DNA from: Gemmatimonadales bacterium
Lineage (GTDB): Bacteria > Gemmatimonadota > Gemmatimonadetes > Gemmatimonadales > GWC2-71-9
Assembly: GCA_035457305.1 (NCBI GenBank)
Contig: DATIBS010000131.1
Coordinates: 1,831 to 65,830, forward strand
Reading direction: 5' to 3'
Length of the DNA stretch: 64,000 nucleotides
The position numbers and the translations under genes are program-made. The notes under the pieces are model-generated. The model did no database searches. It was not told where the DNA came from and saw only the letters and a list, made by a program, of their open reading frames with translations. Positions 20,335-29,384 of this stretch are shown one piece after another. Numbering within the stretch: the stretch's first letter is position 1; each line of letters opens with the position of its first letter.

Positions 20335-20840
20335 GCGGACCACCGCTTGGCCCGCCGCCGGCGCCGGCCGAGGAGCGCGCGCGCATGACCCGCCACCGAC
20401 CGGCCGGTCCGGAGCGCGCCCGCGAGCGAGAGGGCGGTGTCGGCCACCTCCTCGTACACCACCTCGTAGAGCGCGTCCAGGTCGCCGAGCCGCTCCTCCG
20501 CGCGGGTCGTGGCGGCATCCACCTTCTTCCGCACCCGGCGGGCGGTCACCAGCACCGCCTCGGCCTCCTCCTGGACCCGCTGGGCCACGGTCTCGCCCCG
20601 TCCGGTGATCGCCCGGAGCGACCGGAGCGCCGGGACCAGCTCGTCCCGCAGCTCGTCCACCGCCGGGGAGAGCCGGTCGAGCTGTCGCACGGCCTTGAGC
20701 GCCGCGAACGCCACCGCCCCGGCGCCGACCACCACGGCCGCCGCCACGATGCCGAGTGACACCGCCATGACCGTCCACTGCCACGCCGGCACCCCGGCCT
20801 CGGGGAGCTGCTGGATGATGCGGAGCGCGGCGATCGCCAC
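20331..20840 (-). CDS. Hypothetical membrane-anchored coiled-coil protein (DUF948-like architecture)
   Basis: C-terminal part of track ORF 20331..22571. One TM (MAVSLGIVAAAVVVGAGAVAFAAL) followed by a helical region. Start is GTG 20840 or ATG 20768. GTGA overlap with the downstream PLC-like gene. Confidence 0.5.
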   Translation of the reverse strand: MAIAALRIIQQLPEAGVPAWQWTVMAVSLGIVAAAVVVGAGAVAFAALKAVRQLDRLSPAVDELRDELVPALRSLRAITGRGETVAQRVQEEAEAVLVTARRVRKKVDAATTRAEERLGDLDALYEVVYEEVADTALSLAGALRTGRSVAGHARALLGRRRRRAKRWSA

Positions 20841-20924
20841 GGGGCCTCCAGGTGCGGGTCCTCCCGAATATAATGGCCGGTGCGCGGCTTGACCCCGCCC
20901 CCACTCACCCGGCAAGCTTCCTTC

Positions 20925-22205
20925 ATGCCTCCAGCCTTCCGCGTCCAGGGCGGCGCCCAGCTCCGCGGGACCGTCCGCCCCGCCGGCAACAAGAACGCCG
21001 CGCTCCCCATCATCGCCGCCACCCTCCTCGCCGACGGCCCGGTGGAGCTGGACAACGTCCCGCACATCCGGGACGTGCTCACCCTCCTCGACCTGGTGGG
21101 GCACCTCGGGGCGCAGGTGGAGTGGCTGGGGGAGAACCGGGTGCGCGTGGACGCCCGGAGCGCGCAGGGGCGCACCCTCGACCCGGCGCTCTGCGCCAGG
21201 ATCCGCGCCTCGATCCTCCTCGCCGGCCCGCTCCTCGCGCGGTTCGGCTCCGTCACGCTCCCGCCCCCCGGCGGCGACGTGATCGGCCGCCGGCGGGTGG
21301 ACACGCATTTCCTGGCTCTCGAGCGGCTCGGCGCCGAGGTGGTCGTGGGCGACCGCTACGAGGTGGTCGCCAAGCGGCTCCGCGGCGCCGACATCTTCCT
21401 CGACGAGCCGAGCGTCACCGGCACGGAGAACGCGCTGATGGCCGCGGTGATGGCCGAGGGCACGACCGTGCTGCGCAACGCCGCGAGCGAGCCGCACGTC
21501 CAGGACCTCGCGCGGATGCTCGTCACCCTCGGCGCGCGCATCGACGGCATCGGGACCAACACCTACGTCATCGACGGTGGGCACCCGCTGGGCGGCGGGG
21601 CGCATCGCATCGGGCCCGACCACATCGAGATCGCCAGTTTCATCGGTCTCGCCGCGGTCACCAACGGGGCGCTGGTCATCGAGGACGTGCGGGGCGACGA
21701 CCTCCGGAGCACGCTCCTCGGCTTCGAGCGCCTCGGCATCCGGCCGCGCCTCGACGGCAGCCGCCTGATCGTGGACGCCGACCAGGAGCGCCGCATCCGG
21801 CCCGACCTCGGCGGCCACGTGCCGAAGCTGGAGGACGGCCCCTGGCCCGCCTTCCCGGCGGATGCGATGTCCATCGCGATCGTCGCCGCCACCCAGTGCG
21901 AGGGGATGGTGCTCGTCTTCGAGAAGATGTTCGAGTCGCGGCTCTTCTTCGTGGACAAGCTGATCGGGATGGGCGCCCGGATCGTCCTCTGCGACCCGCA
22001 CCGGGCGGTGATCAACGGCCCCTCGCCGCTCCGCGGCGGGACAGTCGAGTCCCCCGACATCCGCGCCGGGATGGCGATGCTCCTCGCGGCCCTCGCCGCG
22101 GAGGGCACCAGCACCATCCACAACGTCGGGCAGATCGAGCGCGGCTACGAGCGGATCGACGAGCGGCTCCGGGCCCTCGGCGCGGCGATCGAGCGGCTCG
22201 ACTAG
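20925..22205 (+). CDS. murA: UDP-N-acetylglucosamine 1-carboxyvinyltransferase, Asp variant at the Cys115-equivalent position
   Basis: ATG 20925. [25 protein letters not shown] (E. coli LPGGCAIGARPVDLH), [19 protein letters not shown]-like [21 protein letters not shown]. Confidence 0.92.
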   Translation: MPPAFRVQGGAQLRGTVRPAGNKNAALPIIAATLLADGPVELDNVPHIRDVLTLLDLVGHLGAQVEWLGENRVRVDARSAQGRTLDPALCARIRASILLAGPLLARFGSVTLPPPGGDVIGRRRVDTHFLALERLGAEVVVGDRYEVVAKRLRGADIFLDEPSVTGTENALMAAVMAEGTTVLRNAASEPHVQDLARMLVTLGARIDGIGTNTYVIDGGHPLGGGAHRIGPDHIEIASFIGLAAVTNGALVIEDVRGDDLRSTLLGFERLGIRPRLDGSRLIVDADQERRIRPDLGGHVPKLEDGPWPAFPADAMSIAIVAATQCEGMVLVFEKMFESRLFFVDKLIGMGARIVLCDPHRAVINGPSPLRGGTVESPDIRAGMAMLLAALAAEGTSTIHNVGQIERGYERIDERLRALGAAIERLD

Positions 22206-22206
22206 C

Positions 22207-22995
22207 GTGCCGGCGTCCGTCCCGGCCCCGCTCCGGGAGTCCCCGCTGCCCGGCGCGGTGCCGCGGCTCGAGGTTCCGGGCTGGCGCGAGCGGTTCGGCC
22301 TCGCCGCGGGGGTCACCTGGCGGGGCGCCGGCGCGCGCGGGTTCGACCTCGGCCTCGCCACCGCCGAGCCGGTGGGCGAAGTGATGGAGCGGTGGCGCGT
22401 GTTCCGCGCGGCCGAACCCGGGTTCACTGCCGCGGTGCTGGGCCGGCAGGTGCACGGGGCCGAGGTCCGCTGGCACGCCGATCCCGCCGGCTGGGTGATG
22501 CTTGACGGGGTGGACGGGCACGCGACCGACCGCCCCGGCGTGCTCCTCTGCGTGACGGTGGCGGACTGCACCCCGGTCTACCTCGCCGCCCCCCGGCACG
22601 GCGCGGTGGCGCTGCTCCACGCCGGGTGGCGCGGGACGGCGGCGGGGGTCCTGGCGAGAGGCATCGCCCTGCTCCACGGGCGGACCGGCGCGGCGCCGGG
22701 GGACCTGGTGGCCCACCTCGGCGTCTCCATCTGCGGGGCCTGCTACGAAGTGGGGCGCGAGGTGCTCGAGGCCTTCGGGCTCCCGGCCGGCGGGCCCGGC
22801 CCCTGGCGGCTGGACGTCCGGGACCAGCTGGCGCGCCAGGCGCAGGCCCTCGGGGTGGCCGAGGTGACCCGGTCGGACTGGTGCTCGGCCCACGACCGGG
22901 ACCGGTTCTACAGCCACCGGGCCAGCCGGGGGGTGGACGGCCGGATGGTGGCGTATCTGGGCCGCCCGGTTGACGCTACCGGGGGCGGCCGCTAG
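22207..22995 (+). CDS. pgeF: YfiH/PgeF-family (DUF152, laccase-domain) protein
   Basis: GTG 22207, 1 nt after the murA stop. Motifs QVHG, DGHATDRPGVLLCVTVADCTPV, HAGWRGT, CGACYEVG, FYSHR. Confidence 0.85.
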   Translation: MPASVPAPLRESPLPGAVPRLEVPGWRERFGLAAGVTWRGAGARGFDLGLATAEPVGEVMERWRVFRAAEPGFTAAVLGRQVHGAEVRWHADPAGWVMLDGVDGHATDRPGVLLCVTVADCTPVYLAAPRHGAVALLHAGWRGTAAGVLARGIALLHGRTGAAPGDLVAHLGVSICGACYEVGREVLEAFGLPAGGPGPWRLDVRDQLARQAQALGVAEVTRSDWCSAHDRDRFYSHRASRGVDGRMVAYLGRPVDATGGGR

Positions 22996-22998
22996 AAT
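22970..22998 (+). promoter_or_regulatory. Candidate promoter of the rimP-nusA-infB operon, embedded in the 3' end of pgeF
   Basis: TTGACG (22970-22975), exactly 17 nt, TAGAAT (22993-22998). The -10 overlaps the pgeF stop codon. Confidence 0.5.
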
Positions 22999-23045
22999 TC
23001 CGGCTTGGGCGGTTACCACCCGTCCGGCAGTGCGGTGGCCGACGA

Positions 23046-23073
23046 TGTGGGGGAGTTCCCCACATTTTTTTTT
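23046..23073 (+). terminator. Canonical intrinsic terminator (hairpin + T9) 10 nt upstream of the rimP ATG; terminator of pgeF and/or leader attenuator of the nusA operon
   Basis: TGTGGGG (23046-23052), loop GAGTT, CCCCACA (23058-23064), then nine T (23065-23073). Confidence 0.75.
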
Positions 23074-23083
23074 GGGTCTTCCG

Positions 23084-23569
23084 ATGATCGCCGATCCCCT
23101 GCTCGATCCGATCCGCCGGCTCCTCGCCGAGCTGGGTTACGAGCTGGTGGACCTCCGGCGCGGCGGCACCCCGGCCAGGCCGGTGCTGCGGGTCCGCCTC
23201 GACCTCCCCCACAGCGAGCCCGGCCGGCGCGTCTCGGCCGACGACTGCGTGCGGGCGAGCCGGGCGCTCGAGCACTGGCTCGAGGGGCCGGGCGGCCTCG
23301 GCGAGCGCTACGTGCTCGAGGTCTCGTCGCCGGGCATCGAGCGGCCGGTGGTGTTCCCGGAGCACTGGCGGCGGTACGCCGGGCGGGAGGTGCGGCTCCG
23401 GGCGGACGCGTTGCCCGGACGGCCGGTGGCGCGCATCGTGGCCCTGCCGGACGACGGGCGGGTGACCCTCGCGCTGGCGGACGGGCGCGAGGTGACCCTC
23501 CGGCTGGCGGACATCCGCGAGGCCACCCTCGTGGTGGACTGGACGACCATAGGCAAACGGCAGGAGTGA
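23084..23569 (+). CDS. rimP: Ribosome maturation factor RimP
   Basis: ATG 23084. LGYELVDL, YVLEVSSPGIERP. Position directly upstream of nusA. Confidence 0.9.
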   Translation: MIADPLLDPIRRLLAELGYELVDLRRGGTPARPVLRVRLDLPHSEPGRRVSADDCVRASRALEHWLEGPGGLGERYVLEVSSPGIERPVVFPEHWRRYAGREVRLRADALPGRPVARIVALPDDGRVTLALADGREVTLRLADIREATLVVDWTTIGKRQE

Positions 23570-23571
23570 CG

Positions 23572-24885
23572 ATGGCGGGTTCGGCAGAGCTGTTGACCGC
23601 GTTCCGCGAGCTCACGACGACGAAGCAGCTCGAGCGCGGCGAGTTGCTCGATCTCCTCAAGGACGGCATCCAGGCCGCCCTCATGCGGAGCTACGGCCCG
23701 AACGTGAAGTTCGAACTGGACGTGGACGAGCTGAAGGGCACCATCCGGGTGGTCCGGCTCCGCCAGGTGGCGGAGACGGTCGAGGACCCGTCGTGGCAGG
23801 TCTCCCTCGAGGAGGCCCGGTACGAGGACCCGGACTTCCAGCCCGGCGACGTGCTGGAGGAAGAGGTCCCGTTCGCCCAGTTCGGGCGGCTCGCCGTCCA
23901 GGCCGCCAAGCAGCGCATCATCCAGCGGGTCCGGGAGGGCGAGCGCAACCGCATCCGCGAGGAGTTCGGCGACCAGGTCGGGGAACTGCTCTCGGGCGAG
24001 ATCCAGCAGGTCGAGCGCGGCAAGTTCGTCATCCTCCTCCCGAAGTTCCGCGAGGCGGAGGCGATCATCCCCTACCGCGAGCAGAATCACCGCGAGCATT
24101 TCCACCAGGGCGACACGATCCGCGCCGTCCTGAAGAAGCTCGAGGAGACCCCGAAGGGCCCCCGCCTCATCTTGTCGCGCGCCGACCCGGGATTCGTGAA
24201 GGCGCTCTTCCGGCTGGAAGTGCCCGAGATCCAGCAGGGCATCGTCGAGATCCGCGGCATCGCGCGCGAGACCGGGAGCCGCACCAAGGTGGCGGTCATC
24301 TCCCGGGACGACGCCATCGACCCCGTCGGCGCCTGCGTCGGCCTCAAGGGCTCGCGGGTGCAGGCAGTGGTGAACGAGCTGGGGGGGGAGCGGATCGACA
24401 TCGTGCCCTGGTCGCCCGACCCCGAGCGCTTCGCCCGGCTCGCGCTCGCGCCGGCCCGGGTGGCGAAGGTCTTCTCCGACCCGGAGACGAAGACCATCCA
24501 GGCCATCGTGGACGAGGATCAGCTCTCGCTGGCCATCGGCCGCAACGGCCAGAACGTCCGGCTCGCCTCCGAGCTCACCGGGTGGAAGATCGATCTCTAC
24601 TCCAGCCGCGAGTGGCTGGAGCGCGGCGGCGAGGGCCCGCTCTTCGCCCCGCTGCCGCCCGAGGAGGAGGCGGCCACCCACGTCCCGCTCAGCGAACTGC
24701 AGGGCCTCTCGCCCGAGCTGGTGGCGCTGCTCGAGGGCGCCGGCTTCCGGCACCTGAACGAGATCCTCGACTTCGAGCGGGAGGACATCCTCCGCGTGCC
24801 CGGGATGACCGAGGCGCTCGCCGGCGAACTCGAGGCCTTCCTGGCCGAGCTGATGGAGGAGGGTGGCGAGGAGGCCGGCGGCTGA
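23572..24885 (+). CDS. nusA: Transcription termination/antitermination factor NusA
   Basis: AGGAG Shine-Dalgarno before ATG 23572. S1 and KH motifs (GELLSGEIQQVERG, RADPGFVKALFRLEVPEIQQGIVEI, GACVGLKGSRVQAVVNELGGERIDIV, AIGRNGQNVRLASELTGWKIDL). Confidence 0.95.
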   Translation: MAGSAELLTAFRELTTTKQLERGELLDLLKDGIQAALMRSYGPNVKFELDVDELKGTIRVVRLRQVAETVEDPSWQVSLEEARYEDPDFQPGDVLEEEVPFAQFGRLAVQAAKQRIIQRVREGERNRIREEFGDQVGELLSGEIQQVERGKFVILLPKFREAEAIIPYREQNHREHFHQGDTIRAVLKKLEETPKGPRLILSRADPGFVKALFRLEVPEIQQGIVEIRGIARETGSRTKVAVISRDDAIDPVGACVGLKGSRVQAVVNELGGERIDIVPWSPDPERFARLALAPARVAKVFSDPETKTIQAIVDEDQLSLAIGRNGQNVRLASELTGWKIDLYSSREWLERGGEGPLFAPLPPEEEAATHVPLSELQGLSPELVALLEGAGFRHLNEILDFEREDILRVPGMTEALAGELEAFLAELMEEGGEEAGG

Positions 24886-25190
24886 TGGAGCGCCTCCTGG
24901 GCCTGCTCGGCCTGGGGATGCGGGCGCGGCAGCTGGTGGTGGGCGTGGACGCCGTCCGCCGCGCCCTGCAGGCGGACGAGGTGCGGTGCGTGGTGATGGC
25001 GGCGGACGCCGGGCCACGGGCCGCGGAGAAGGTGGTGCGGCTGGCCCGCGGGCGGGGGGTGCCCCTCGTCCCGGGCCCCGCCGCGGAGATGCTGGGGGCC
25101 CGGCTCGGGCGCCCGGCGGTGATGGCGGTCGGTATCCGGGACCGGGCGTTGGCCGATGGCGTCCTGCGGTCGGCCGGCGGGTCCCCTTGA
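24885..25190 (+). CDS. ylxQ: L7Ae-family RNA-binding protein (YlxQ-like)
   Basis: TGATG overlap with the nusA stop. MERLLGLLGLGMRARQLVVGVDAVRRAL...VVMAADAGPRAAEKV parallels B. subtilis YlxQ. Position between nusA and infB. Confidence 0.7.
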   Translation: MERLLGLLGLGMRARQLVVGVDAVRRALQADEVRCVVMAADAGPRAAEKVVRLARGRGVPLVPGPAAEMLGARLGRPAVMAVGIRDRALADGVLRSAGGSP

Positions 25191-25200
25191 GGAGGTGGAC

Positions 25201-27897
25201 GTGGGCAAGCTGAGGGTGCACGAGCTGGCGGCGGAGTTCGGGGTGGAAGTCGAGCGACTGCTCGACCTCCTCCGGGAGATGGGTGTGTTCGTCCGGAGCC
25301 ATCTCTCGACGCTCGAGACGGACCAGGTGGCGGCGGTGCGTGTCCGCTGGGAGCGGGAGAAGCGGCGCGCCGCCGAGGAGCCCAAGCCGAAGCGGGGCCG
25401 GCGGAAGGCGGTCGCCGAGGCCCCTGCGCCGGCGCCCGAAGCCCGGCCCACCAAGCGTCGCCGGACCGCGGCCGAGGTGGCGGCCGCCGAGGCGGAGCAG
25501 GCCGCGGTCGAGGCCGAGCGCCAGGCGGAGCTCGACGCGCTGGAGCGCGAGCGCGCCCAGCTCGAGCAGCCGGAGCCGGCCAAGCTGTCGCTCGAGGAGC
25601 GCGCCCGCGCCCTGTTCAAGGAGCTGCCCCCCGCACCGGTGGAGGACGAGACGACGCCCGAGCCGACGGTCGAGCCGGCCCGCCGGCCGGGCCCGCGTGC
25701 CGTGGAGCCCGCGACGGAAGGCCCTGCGCTTCCCGCCGCCCCCACGCCGGCCGCCCCGAAGGCGCCCTTCATCCCGCCGCGGGTGCCGCGCCCGGTCCGC
25801 GCGGGCCTGCCCAAGCCGGTGTTCTCCAGTGCGCCGGCGCCGGCCGCCCCCACGGAGCGGGGGCCGGCCCGGCCCGACGGCGGGCGGGGCGCCCGGCCCG
25901 GTGAGGCCGCGCCGGCCACCGGCGGCGACCAGGCCCGCGGCCGCCGCGGCAAGAAGGGGCGTCGCGACAAGGTGGACCAGGAGGCGGTGCAGGCCAACAT
26001 CTCGCGCACCCTCCAGGGCATGAAGGGCGCGCGGCGGAGCGTCCGCCGGAGCGACGAGCCGAGCTACCGCGACATCGTCGCCGGCCAGCGCGCGGAGGAG
26101 CGGGAGCGGGAGAAGACCCGCATCCGGGTGAACGAGTTCATCTCGGTCGCCGAGCTCGCCGAGCTGATGAAGGTCTCCTCCACCCAGATCGTCCAGTTCG
26201 CCTTCAAGGAACTGGGCCTCATGGTGACGGTGAACCAGCGGCTCGACTTCGACCAGATCGAGCTGATCGCCTCGGCCTTCGGCTTCGAGGCCGTCCGGGA
26301 GGAGGAGTACACCGCCGAGGTCGAGGCCACCGCCGAGGTGGAACTGGCCGAGGACCTCGCCCCGCGCCCGCCGGTGGTCACCATCATGGGTCACGTCGAC
26401 CACGGCAAGACCTCGCTGCTCGATTACATCCGCAAGGCGAACATCGTCGCCGGCGAGGCCGGGGGCATCACCCAGCACATCGGCGCCTACCACGTCCAGC
26501 TGCCGAACGGGAAGGCCATCACCTTCCTCGACACGCCGGGGCACGAGGCGTTCACCGCCATGCGCGCCCGGGGCGCCCAGGTCACCGATATCGTCGTGCT
26601 CGTCGTGGCGGCGGACGACCAGGTGATGCCGCAGACCGTCGAGGCGATCAGCCACGCGCGGAACGCGGGTGTGCCGCTCGTGGTGGCGATCAACAAGGTG
26701 GACCTCCCGAGCGCGAACGTGGCGAAGGCCAAGCAGGAGCTCCTGCAGCACAGCGTGGTCCTCGAGGAGTTCGGCGGCACCGTGCTCGCCACCGCGATCT
26801 CGGCCAAGACCGGGCAGGGCATCGACGCGCTGCTCGACCAGATCCTGCTTCAGGCCGAGCTGCTCGAGCTCAAGGCCAACCCGGGCCGGGCGGCGCACGG
26901 CACCGTCCTCGAGGCGAGCCTCGACCCGGGCAAGGGGCCGGTGGCCACCATCCTGGTGCAGCGCGGCACCCTGCGCGCCGGCCAGGACTTCATCTCCGGC
27001 AAGTTCTCCGGCCGCGTCCGCGCCCTGTTCGACGAGCGGGGCAAGACCGTCAAGGAGGCCGGTCCCTCGATCCCGGTGCAGATCCTCGGCTTCGAGGGCG
27101 TCCCGCTCGCCGGCGACACCTTCCTCGTGACCGAGAACGCCGCCGAGGCGCGCGAGATCGCGCAGAAGCGCCAGCGGCTCGACCGCGAAGCCCAGAACCG
27201 GCGGGGCGCCCGCGGCACCACGCTCGAGGACTTCAGCCGCGCCATCGCGAAGGGCGAGGTCGCCACCCTCGCCATCATCATCAAGGCCGACCAGGGGGGA
27301 CCGGCGGAGGCGCTCGCCGACGCGCTCGCCCAGCTCAGCACCAGCGAGGTCCGGGTGGACGTCGTCCACCGCGGCGTCGGGGCGATCACCGAGAGCGACG
27401 TGCTGCTTGCGAAGGCCTCCGGCGCCATCATCCTCGGGTTCCACGTCCGCCCCGACTCCAACGCCCGCACCGCCGCCGAGCGGGAACACGTGGACCTCCG
27501 CACCTACCGCGTGATCTACGAGGCGGTGGACGACGTGCGGAACGCGCTCGAGGGACTGCTCAAGCCCGAGGAGAAGGAGGTCGTCCTGGGCGAGGCGGAG
27601 GTGCTCCAGCTGTTCAAGGTGAGCAAGGTGGGCACCATCGCCGGGTGCGTGGTCCGCGCCGGCACCATCAGCCGGACCGGCCAGGCCCGCGTCGTGCGGG
27701 ACGGCACCACGGTCTACACCGGTCGGCTCTCCAGCCTCAAGCGCTTCAAGGACGACGTGCGCGAGGTGAAGGAGGGACTCGAGTGCGGCCTCTCGGTCGA
27801 GAACTTCAACGACCTGAAGGTCGGGGACCGGATCGAGAGCTTCACGGTGGAGTCGATCAAGCGGACCCTGCAGTCGGCCGCGTCGGGCACCGCCTGA
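25201..27897 (+). CDS. infB: Translation initiation factor IF-2
   Basis: GAGGAGG at 25189-25195, GTG 25201 (in-frame GTG 25195 also possible). Long Ala/Pro/Arg/Glu-rich N-terminal region, then G domain (GHVDHGKTSLLD, DTPGHEAF, NKVD) and the conserved C-terminus. Confidence 0.95.
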   Translation: MGKLRVHELAAEFGVEVERLLDLLREMGVFVRSHLSTLETDQVAAVRVRWEREKRRAAEEPKPKRGRRKAVAEAPAPAPEARPTKRRRTAAEVAAAEAEQAAVEAERQAELDALERERAQLEQPEPAKLSLEERARALFKELPPAPVEDETTPEPTVEPARRPGPRAVEPATEGPALPAAPTPAAPKAPFIPPRVPRPVRAGLPKPVFSSAPAPAAPTERGPARPDGGRGARPGEAAPATGGDQARGRRGKKGRRDKVDQEAVQANISRTLQGMKGARRSVRRSDEPSYRDIVAGQRAEEREREKTRIRVNEFISVAELAELMKVSSTQIVQFAFKELGLMVTVNQRLDFDQIELIASAFGFEAVREEEYTAEVEATAEVELAEDLAPRPPVVTIMGHVDHGKTSLLDYIRKANIVAGEAGGITQHIGAYHVQLPNGKAITFLDTPGHEAFTAMRARGAQVTDIVVLVVAADDQVMPQTVEAISHARNAGVPLVVAINKVDLPSANVAKAKQELLQHSVVLEEFGGTVLATAISAKTGQGIDALLDQILLQAELLELKANPGRAAHGTVLEASLDPGKGPVATILVQRGTLRAGQDFISGKFSGRVRALFDERGKTVKEAGPSIPVQILGFEGVPLAGDTFLVTENAAEAREIAQKRQRLDREAQNRRGARGTTLEDFSRAIAKGEVATLAIIIKADQGGPAEALADALAQLSTSEVRVDVVHRGVGAITESDVLLAKASGAIILGFHVRPDSNARTAAEREHVDLRTYRVIYEAVDDVRNALEGLLKPEEKEVVLGEAEVLQLFKVSKVGTIAGCVVRAGTISRTGQARVVRDGTTVYTGRLSSLKRFKDDVREVKEGLECGLSVENFNDLKVGDRIESFTVESIKRTLQSAASGTA

Positions 27898-27901
27898 GCC
27901 G

Positions 27902-28183
27902 GTGGTGCTGGGACTGCGGGTCTGGGAGCTGCACCTCGAGGGGTGCCGCTCGCTCAAGGAGAAGCGCGGAGTGCTGCTGCCGCTCAAGGAACGCCTCCGG
28001 CGGGGGCACAACCTCTCGGTGGCGGAGACCGACCACCAGGACAGCTGGCAGCGCGCGGAGCTGGGATGTGCCGCCCTCGGGACCGACCGGGCGGTGGTGG
28101 AGGAGACCCTGCGCGCCGCCGACCGGATGGTGGAGGCGGCCGACGGGGTGCGGATCCTCGACACGGTGACGAGCTACCGATGA
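27902..28183 (+). CDS. DUF503-family protein (YlxP-like)
   Basis: GTG 27902. LHLEGCRSLKEKRGVLLPLKERLRR pattern. Conserved position between infB and rbfA. Confidence 0.75.
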   Translation: MVLGLRVWELHLEGCRSLKEKRGVLLPLKERLRRGHNLSVAETDHQDSWQRAELGCAALGTDRAVVEETLRAADRMVEAADGVRILDTVTSYR

Positions 28184-28542
28184 GGGGTGGCGGGCGACGG
28201 CCGGAACAGGTGGCGGAGGCGCTGCGCGCGGTCATCGCGGAGGCGCTGGTCCGCGAGGTGCGCGACCCCCGCGTGGGCCTCGTCACCGTCACCGGGGTGC
28301 AAGTGACCCCGGAACTCGCCGTGGCCCGCGTGCGGGTGGCGGTGCCGGGCGAGGAGGAGCACAAGCAGGAGGCGCTGGAGGGGCTCCGCAGCGCGTCGGG
28401 GTTCCTCCGCTCGAAGGTGGCGCGGGCGCTCGCCACCCGGACCGTGCCGGAGCTCCGGTTCGAGCTCGATCGCGGCCTCGAGCACGCGCAGCGGATCGGG
28501 GAGATCCTCGCCGACCTCCGGCGCGAGGGGGAGCTCGACTGA
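28180..28542 (+). CDS. rbfA: Ribosome-binding factor A
   Basis: ATGA overlap with the DUF503 gene. RVAEALRAVIAEALVREVRDPRVGLVTVTGVQVTPELAVARV. Confidence 0.9.
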   Translation: MRGGGRRPEQVAEALRAVIAEALVREVRDPRVGLVTVTGVQVTPELAVARVRVAVPGEEEHKQEALEGLRSASGFLRSKVARALATRTVPELRFELDRGLEHAQRIGEILADLRREGELD

Positions 28543-28547
28543 CCGGC

Positions 28548-29384
28548 GTGGTGCTGCTGGACAAGCCGGCCGGCCCCACGTCCCACGACCTGGTGGCCCG
28601 CGCGCGCCGCGCCCTCGGGACCCGCGCGGTGGGACACGCCGGCACCCTCGACCCCTTCGCGACCGGGCTGCTGGTCCTGCTGATCGGGAAGGCGACCCGG
28701 TTGGCCCGGTTCGCCGGGAACCAGCCGAAGACCTACCTGGCCACGGCGGTGCTGGGCGAGCGGACCGACACCGACGACGCCACCGGCACGGCCCTCCCGG
28801 GCGGGCCCGGGCCGGTGCCGGTCGACCGCGCCGAGGTGGCGCGCGCGATCGCCCGCTTCCGCGGGACCGCGCCGCAGCGCCCGCCGGCCTTCTCGGCCAA
28901 GAAGGTGGGCGGCGTCGCCAGCTACCGGCGGGCGCGGCGCGGGGAAGCCGTGGCCCTGGCGCCGGTCGACGTGACGGTCCACGCGATCGAGTTGGCGGAC
29001 TGGACGCCGCCCCGGGTGACCTTCCGGGCCACGGTCAGCGCCGGGACCTACATCCGCGCCCTCGCGCGGGATCTGGGGGAGGCCCTCGGCTGTGGCGCGC
29101 ACCTCGTGGCGCTCCGCCGGGAGGCGATCGGGGCACTCCGGGTGGAGGAGGCGGTGCCCCCCGAGGCGGTCGGCCCCACGGCGGTGCTGCCGGCGCGACG
29201 CGCGGTGGCGCACCTCCCGGCCGTGGAGCTGGACGGCGTGGCGGCGGCGGCCGTGGCCCATGGGCGCCCGGTGCCGGGCGGCGCTGGGCTCGAGGGCCAC
29301 GTGGCCCTCCTGGCCGGGGGCGAGCTCGCCGCCGTGGCGCGCGCCGAGGGGGGTGTGCTCCGGCCCGAGGTGGTGCTCTCGTGA
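28548..29384 (+). CDS. truB: tRNA pseudouridine(55) synthase TruB
   Basis: LLDKPAGPTSHD, VGHAGTLDPFATGLLVLLIG (catalytic Asp), QRPPAFSAKKVGG. Confidence 0.9.
   Translation: MVLLDKPAGPTSHDLVARARRALGTRAVGHAGTLDPFATGLLVLLIGKATRLARFAGNQPKTYLATAVLGERTDTDDATGTALPGGPGPVPVDRAEVARAIARFRGTAPQRPPAFSAKKVGGVASYRRARRGEAVALAPVDVTVHAIELADWTPPRVTFRATVSAGTYIRALARDLGEALGCGAHLVALRREAIGALRVEEAVPPEAVGPTAVLPARRAVAHLPAVELDGVAAAAVAHGRPVPGGAGLEGHVALLAGGELAAVARAEGGVLRPEVVLS

Noticed and set aside
23308-28164. A 1618-aa ORF on the minus strand, the longest in the track.
   Set aside because: It is antisense to nusA, ylxQ and infB, whose products show unambiguous conserved motifs. Its translation is Arg/Gly/Pro/Ala/Leu-rich low complexity with no recognisable domain. 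That is typical of stop-codon-poor reverse frames in roughly 70% G+C DNA.
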